Shown here piece by piece: positions 58,735 through 64,000 of a stretch of 64,000 nt of DNA. Position 1 is the stretch's first letter, and every line of letters begins with the position of its first letter. Under the pieces are notes generated by a model. The model made no database searches. It had not been told where the DNA came from and saw nothing but the letters and a program-made list of their open reading frames with translations. Position numbers and translations under genes: made by a program. Source of the DNA: a bacterium BMS3Abin06 (GTDB lineage Bacteria; Nitrospirota; Thermodesulfovibrionia; UBA6902); the NCBI GenBank assembly GCA_002897895.1, contig BDSY01000037.1, positions 7,306-71,305 on the forward strand, read 5' to 3'.

Positions 58735-59277
58735 CTATTTCAAATAAACCCAGCCTCCATACTGCCACTTGTAAAATTCATTGCGATTGAAGTAGGCAAA
58801 GTTCTCTGCTTTCCAGAAGCGCCTGTCATCCCCAATCCACTCAACCGGTGTCATTACTTCGTTCCCCGGCTTGCCTGTTCCGAACCCGGTAACCTTGACC
58901 ATTAACCCTACTCCACCCGAGTCACCTCTAAACAGCACGGGCTTGCTCACAACTACTGCTTTAACACCCGGCAGAATGGTTTGCACGCTTTCTTTCTGAA
59001 AGTATCCCTTAATGAATATTATTCCCTCTTCAATAAATTCCCGGGCCCCGGGCGCTAAAAGTTCATCTCTTTCAATTCCTACATAATCAATACTCAATAA
59101 TGCCACGCCGGAAACGTCTGCCGGGTAATCCATCCCGTGAAATTGAAAATATTCTTTTACAACATTCCCCTGCGTGCACGAGATAATTAATGTAAGCGCG
59201 CATAAGATAAAAAAACGGATTAAAGTTGCGCTGGATATGAAACAAGCCGGAATTGAAAACCAGTATTTAAAATTCAT
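58735..59277 (-). CDS. hypothetical lipoprotein/secreted protein
   Basis: N-terminal hydrophobic segment ending LIISCTQG, a lipobox-like site. Confidence 0.35.
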   Translation of the reverse strand: MNFKYWFSIPACFISSATLIRFFILCALTLIISCTQGNVVKEYFQFHGMDYPADVSGVALLSIDYVGIERDELLAPGAREFIEEGIIFIKGYFQKESVQTILPGVKAVVVSKPVLFRGDSGGVGLMVKVTGFGTGKPGNEVMTPVEWIGDDRRFWKAENFAYFNRNEFYKWQYGGWVYLK

Positions 59278-59488
59278 TTAATCTCCCAAATCCTTCCTTT
59301 GCCGGTTTGAAATACCGTGTGGTCGGTTATTAATCTTCTTTATTTTACCCTGTTATAATTTTTTTTCAAGTATCCGGCTGCAGGCTTATAAAGGATTAAT
59401 GTGTCAGTGTAAGCAATTCAGTCTCAGCCCGGAAATTCCTGCTGAGAGAGACCAATAACCGACATTGGTTTTTTGTTATAATTTTCAT

Positions 59489-60691
59489 ATGAAAATAAAT
59501 CCGTTCTTTGAATGCCTTGTAAAATGCCTCGTATCTCTCTGTCTGTTCTTTGTTTTGGCTACCTGTACTTTATTTGTAAAACCTCCTGCTGAACCGGGCC
59601 TTGAACAAATGTCCATCAAAAAAGTGAAACACCACGACTGGGAAGATGACCTGAGCTTTAAAGGGCTTGAAGCGGCTGTAGAGCAATCAATCCGCTACTA
59701 TGAAAAGCTTCCCCCCGGCAAAACTTTTCAGTACAACGGTTTGAACTATTCGCCGGAAGAAATGCTGGCATCCCTGAAGCTCTTCACGAAGATTATTAAG
59801 AACTCCGGCAGCAAGGAACCGATACAGCAATTGAGGGAAAAATTTCTCTTCTTTGAAAGCAGGAACAGAGAAGGGGAAGCCTTTTTTACGGGTTACTATG
59901 AGCCCCTCGTGGAAGGCAGTCTGTCTCCCACGGAAAAATTTACCGTACCTGTTTACAGGACGCCGGGTGATCTGATTGAAGTTGATCTGGGGCAGTTTGC
60001 CGGAAAGTGGAAAAATGAAAAAATTGTCGGACGTCTCAAAGGAGGGCAATTAGTCCCTTACGATTCCAGGGAAGAAATTGTATATGAACAATCTCTGGAA
60101 GGACGTGCCGAAGCAATCGCATATGTTAATGAGATTGAATTATTCTTCCTCCAGATTCAGGGATCGGGATTAGTCAGACTCCCTGATGGAAAGGTAAAGC
60201 GAATCAACTATGACGAAAAGAACGGACACCCTTACAGGTCCATAGGGAAAATATTAAAAGAGAGGATAGCGCCTGATGAAGTATCTCTCCAGTCAATCAA
60301 GGCGTACTTATATGAGAACCCTGATGAAGTACGTGAAATCCTGACTCATAATCAAAGCTATGTTTTTTTCCGTGAAGTGGAAGAAGGCCCTCTTGGTTAT
60401 ATCGAAGTCCCCCTTACCCCGAACCGTTCGATTGCAATGGACAGGAAAGTCATTCCACGGGGCGGACTGGCATTTATTGAAACAGATATCCCGGTATTTA
60501 AAAACAGGAAGGTCACGGGATGGAAACCTCTTAAACGGTTTGTTTTAGTGCAGGATACAGGCGGGGCAATCCGCGGCCATGGACGGGTTGACATATTTTT
60601 TGGACACGAAGAAAATGCCGAACTGCTTGCAGGACACTTAAAACAGAGAGGTCGTGTATTTCTTATCGTGGCGCGCAAAGAATTTTTATAA
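59489..60691 (+). CDS. mltA: membrane-bound lytic murein transglycosylase A
   Basis: MltA-specific domain (FFTGYYEP...) and C-terminal 3D domain (VQDTGGAIRGHGRVDIFFG). Start is taken at the internal Met, before the signal peptide. Confidence 0.75.
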   Translation: MKINPFFECLVKCLVSLCLFFVLATCTLFVKPPAEPGLEQMSIKKVKHHDWEDDLSFKGLEAAVEQSIRYYEKLPPGKTFQYNGLNYSPEEMLASLKLFTKIIKNSGSKEPIQQLREKFLFFESRNREGEAFFTGYYEPLVEGSLSPTEKFTVPVYRTPGDLIEVDLGQFAGKWKNEKIVGRLKGGQLVPYDSREEIVYEQSLEGRAEAIAYVNEIELFFLQIQGSGLVRLPDGKVKRINYDEKNGHPYRSIGKILKERIAPDEVSLQSIKAYLYENPDEVREILTHNQSYVFFREVEEGPLGYIEVPLTPNRSIAMDRKVIPRGGLAFIETDIPVFKNRKVTGWKPLKRFVLVQDTGGAIRGHGRVDIFFGHEENAELLAGHLKQRGRVFLIVARKEFL

Positions 60692-60953
60692 AAGCACCGC
60701 AGCGCCACTGTTTAACAGTTGAAGTCCTGGATATCCTTTTTGATTTCCGATCCCTTAAACCCTCTCGCCACCATAGCAAAATTTACATTTCCTTTACAAA
60801 CATTAACATCACATTTACAAACCGGTCTGCTATTCTTTAATCAGAACATGCTGAATGCTACCGGATACAGGGGAGCATCCCCTCTGAAATCTTAACAGGG
60901 TAAGGGATTGACTCTGAATAAATAATCTGGTATTGGAAAGAGAGGGCTATTAA

Positions 60954-61199
60954 ATGGTTGTTTCAGGGCTACTGGTAAATACACTTCCGGAAAAATTGGA
61001 GCAGGTAAAAAAAGAGCTCGGCACGATAAAGGGTGTGGAGATCAACAGTGTTGTTGATGATTACAAGATTATTGTGATTATTGAGTCAAAAACTGTTGAA
61101 GAAGAGGTTGCTGTTTCAAAGGAGATAGCTGCGATGGACGGTGTTCTGGGCATTAACCTGGCATACCACCATTTTGAAGAGAATGAGGCGGATGATTAG
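60954..61199 (+). CDS. napD: NapD-like chaperone
   Basis: 81 aa immediately upstream of napA. VVSGLLVNTLPEKLEQVKKEL...GVEI fits the NapD pattern. Confidence 0.55.
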   Translation: MVVSGLLVNTLPEKLEQVKKELGTIKGVEINSVVDDYKIIVIIESKTVEEEVAVSKEIAAMDGVLGINLAYHHFEENEADD

Positions 61200-61254
61200 C
61201 CTGTTGATTATAAATGAGATACTTAATTTAACCTTTTACTAAAAGGAGGGAAAA

Positions 61255-63609
61255 ATGAAACTAAGCAGGAGAAAATTTTTAAAGGCATCAGCGGCTGCTG
61301 CTGCTATGACGGCTGCCGGGGTTTCAGTGATTGACCCATTAGGTCTTTCAGAGGCATCAGCCGCCGGCGGTATTAAATGGACCAAAGCGCCGTGCCGGTT
61401 TTGCGGTACCGGCTGCGGAATCATGGTGGGAGTCAAAAACGGTAAGATCATTGCCACCAAAGGCGACCCTCATGCACCTGTAAACAGGGGACTGAATTGT
61501 ATAAAGGGTTATTTCCTGGCAAAGATTCTTTACGGTAAAGACAGGCTTACAAAACCCCTGATCAGGAATAACGGGAGGATGCTGGAGGCTTCCTGGGATG
61601 AGGCATTAGACCTCATTGCCTCAAAATATAAAACGACCCTTGATAAGTATGGCCCCACTTCAATCGGGATGTTCGGTTCAGGACAGTGGACAATATGGGA
61701 AGGTTATGCAGCCTCAAAATTCGTCAAGGCCGGTATGCGCAGCAACAATCTTGATCCTAATGCAAGATTCTGCATGGCAAGCGCTGTCGGGGCATTTATG
61801 AGAACATTCGGCAAGGATGAGCCCATGGGGTGCTATGACGATCTGGAATATGCGGATACGTTTTTCACATGGGGCGCAAATATGGCGGAGATGCATCCGA
61901 TACTCTATTCGAGACTGACCGACCGCAAGCTCAAATTCACTCATGTCAAGCATGTGGACATGGGGACCCAGATCACAAGGACATCTTCAACTGCTGATAT
62001 TATGATTTTATTCAAACCACAGACTGACCTTGCTATTGCCAATGCAATGGCGAATATTCTCATTAAAGAAGGTTATGTAAATGAGGATTTTGTCTCAAAA
62101 CACGTAACGTTCAAGAGGGGCCTGCATAACCTGCCTTACGGACGCGAGATAAACGGCAGGAATGACGGAGGCGCAACCTTTAAGGATAAAGCAAAAGGCG
62201 TCTCTTATGAAGAATACAAAAAATTCGTCTCAATCTATACACCTGCATATGCCTCAAAGCTGAGCAATGTGCCGGCTGACAAGATTGTAGAGATCGCAAG
62301 GCTTTTCGGCGACCCGAAGAGAAAGACGGTATCATACTGGACCATGGGGATGAACCAGCATACAAGAGGTGTCTGGATAAACCACCTGGTTTATAATCTG
62401 CATCTCCTGACCGGAAAGATAAGCGAACCCGGCAACGGTCCGTTTTCACTGACCGGCCAGCCGAGCGCCTGCGGAACGGCAAGAGAGGTCGGCACATTTG
62501 CACACAAGCTTCCAAGGGGAGTTGTTATGAACCCCAAACACCGTGCGTTTGCCGAAAAGATATGGAAGCTTCCACCCGGAACAATCAACCCGAAACCCGG
62601 TTATCATTCCGTTGAAATGGCAAGGGCCTTTGACAGGGGCGACCTGAAATGCCTCTGGGTAATGTGCAACAACTATTTCCAGGCCCTGCCCAATGTAACG
62701 CGTTACAGAAAGGGCGCTCAGAAAGAAGGCCGCTTTCTGGTTGTCTCGGATCCGTATCCCACAAGATCAACAGAGCTTGCGGATGTAGTGCTTCCGACAG
62801 CCATGTGGGTTGAGAAGGAGGGGGCGTACGGCAATGCCGAGAGGAGGACTCAGTTCTGGGAGCAGGCGGTTGAGCCGCCCGGAGAGTCGAAATCCGATCT
62901 GTGGCAGATAGTTGAAGTTGCAAGAAGAATGGGTTATGGCCATTTGTTCGACTATGACCTGTCCAGATATGACGGAAAGATTGAAAAGGCGCTCTTTGAA
63001 GAGTACAGGAATTTCGGCAGGGGGTTTGGCAAAGACCTGGCTCCTTTTGATGTCTATCACAAGGTGAGGGGATTGAGATGGCCTGTTATAGACGGCAAGG
63101 AGACACTCTGGCGGTACAAAGAGGGTTATGACCCTTACGTGAAGGCTGGTGAGGAATACAATTTTTACGGCAATAAAAAGAAGACCGGCGGCAGGGCGAA
63201 TATCTGGCTCTGTCCATATGAACCCGCACCTGAAGAGCCCGACAGCCAATATCCTTTATGGCTCTGCACAGGCAGGGTCCTGGAGCACTGGCACTCAGGC
63301 ACAATGACCCAGAGAGTGCCTGAGCTGCACAGGGCCGTGCCTGAGGCATTTGTCTCAATACACCCCGAAGATGCAAGCAGCCTGGGCATTAAAAACGGCA
63401 GCAGGGTACGGGTAAGTACCAGAAGGGGCGAGATAATTGTGAGAGCTGAAATCGAGGGCAGGAATAAGCCGCAAAAAGGTCTTGTTTTTGTGCCGTGGTT
63501 TGATGAAGACCTGACGAGAATGGTCAATAACCTCACACTGGATGTTTATGATCCGATATCGAAACAGGCGGACTTTAAAAAATGTGCATGCAAGGTTGAG
63601 AAGGTTTAA
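61255..63609 (+). CDS. napA: periplasmic nitrate reductase catalytic subunit
   Basis: Tat signal [19 protein letters not shown]. [4Fe-4S] motif CRFCGTGCG. Molybdopterin oxidoreductase domains. 784 aa. Confidence 0.9.
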   Translation: MKLSRRKFLKASAAAAAMTAAGVSVIDPLGLSEASAAGGIKWTKAPCRFCGTGCGIMVGVKNGKIIATKGDPHAPVNRGLNCIKGYFLAKILYGKDRLTKPLIRNNGRMLEASWDEALDLIASKYKTTLDKYGPTSIGMFGSGQWTIWEGYAASKFVKAGMRSNNLDPNARFCMASAVGAFMRTFGKDEPMGCYDDLEYADTFFTWGANMAEMHPILYSRLTDRKLKFTHVKHVDMGTQITRTSSTADIMILFKPQTDLAIANAMANILIKEGYVNEDFVSKHVTFKRGLHNLPYGREINGRNDGGATFKDKAKGVSYEEYKKFVSIYTPAYASKLSNVPADKIVEIARLFGDPKRKTVSYWTMGMNQHTRGVWINHLVYNLHLLTGKISEPGNGPFSLTGQPSACGTAREVGTFAHKLPRGVVMNPKHRAFAEKIWKLPPGTINPKPGYHSVEMARAFDRGDLKCLWVMCNNYFQALPNVTRYRKGAQKEGRFLVVSDPYPTRSTELADVVLPTAMWVEKEGAYGNAERRTQFWEQAVEPPGESKSDLWQIVEVARRMGYGHLFDYDLSRYDGKIEKALFEEYRNFGRGFGKDLAPFDVYHKVRGLRWPVIDGKETLWRYKEGYDPYVKAGEEYNFYGNKKKTGGRANIWLCPYEPAPEEPDSQYPLWLCTGRVLEHWHSGTMTQRVPELHRAVPEAFVSIHPEDASSLGIKNGSRVRVSTRRGEIIVRAEIEGRNKPQKGLVFVPWFDEDLTRMVNNLTLDVYDPISKQADFKKCACKVEKV

Positions 63610-63615
63610 GAATCA

Positions 63616-64000
63616 ATGAGTGACGCAGAAAAGATCGATTCCGAAGAAAGAGTTTCAAGGAGAAGCATTTTACGGTCGGCAACAGGGACTGTCTCCGGCG
63701 GCCTCCTGATGTACATACTGTTCGGGATGCTGGGCAGAGGGAAGAATTTTCTCAAGCCGCCCGGAGCCGCAGAAGATGAGGTTTTCAACAGTCTCTGTAT
63801 CAGGTGCGGCAAGTGCGCAAAGAGTTGTCCGTATGACGCTGTTAAAATAGCGGACATTGATGAGGGCACGGCAATTGGAACTCCGTATATAATTGCACGG
63901 GAAATACCCTGCTACCTCTGCGAGGATTTCCCGTGCATTTCCTCATGCCCGACAAATGCATTGGACCATACGGTTATTCTGAGAGAACAGGTAAAGATGG
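63616..64000 (+). CDS. napG: NapG-like ferredoxin (partial, runs off window)
   Basis: Tat-like SRRSILRS. CIRCGKCAKSCP and CYLCEDFPCISSCP 4Fe-4S motifs. Confidence 0.6.
   Translation, partial: MSDAEKIDSEERVSRRSILRSATGTVSGGLLMYILFGMLGRGKNFLKPPGAAEDEVFNSLCIRCGKCAKSCPYDAVKIADIDEGTAIGTPYIIAREIPCYLCEDFPCISSCPTNALDHTVILREQVKM

Noticed and set aside
62180-63536. Several 100 to 160 aa minus-strand ORFs within napA
   Set aside because: They are antisense to a strongly supported napA and reflect its GC-rich codon bias.

Overview
This 64 kb window from a Gram-negative, probably anaerobic bacterium is dense with genes, mobile elements and repeats. Periplasmic nitrate reductase (napDAG), rubrerythrin, several radical SAM enzymes and a sigma-54 activator support the anaerobic lifestyle. 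The contents, in order along the window:

- **277..13861, minus strand:** an exopolysaccharide locus with Wza, a Wzc tyrosine kinase co-polymerase, Wzy, Wzx, three glycosyltransferases, three SAM methyltransferases and a B12-binding radical SAM enzyme.
- **13888..15737, plus strand:** a divergent ABC exporter pair.
- **15734..22350, minus strand:** a candidate RiPP biosynthetic cluster. It holds a PqqD-like recognition protein, two radical SAM/SPASM maturases, a Cys/Ser/Ala/Gly-rich 67-aa precursor candidate, an HPr-kinase-related protein, an S24/S26 peptidase and a nucleotidyltransferase. This resembles the SynChlorMet cassette.
  - A roughly 105 bp direct duplication of the HPr-kinase-like gene's 5' end flanks an inserted two-gene module.
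  - One copy of a hairpin MITE sits inside the cluster.
- **Housekeeping block:** HD-GYP, an ExeA-like ATPase, an outer-membrane barrel, ald, rdgB, pdxA, ridA, rubrerythrin, a DUF362 Fe-S protein, and a TPM/LemA pair.
- **34.5 to 39.5 kb, degraded defence-like region:**
  - an unknown gene split by a MITE;
  - a Cmr6/Cas7-like RAMP gene carrying a frameshift in an A-run;
  - a toxin-gene remnant next to a DUF2283 antitoxin;
  - a 400 bp array of six copies of a 16 bp motif in alternating orientation;
  - a 7-mer microsatellite;
  - an orphan cas6 with no canonical CRISPR array.
- **After cas6:**
  - an AsmA-like protein;
  - a small GIY-YIG nuclease element whose terminal inverted repeats are the source of the MITE family, seen five times in the window;
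  - a large beta-helix/PPC/PKD surface protein, frameshifted;
  - a PAS-LytTR regulator;
  - a LuxR response regulator frameshifted at a (TC)4 tract;
  - two type II toxin-antitoxin pairs and hisG;
  - an IS630 insertion sequence inserted into an IS1380 remnant;
  - an internal fragment of an integron integrase, and two small paralogous genes sharing an AFAEAGEFETA motif;
  - a Lon protease with an embedded receiver domain paralogous to the adjacent NtrC-type regulator;
  - MltA and napD-napA-napG.
- **Dispersed repeats:** two other families are present, a roughly 110 bp CAGGGTG repeat and a GGCACAA palindrome, plus many tandem-heptamer hairpins.
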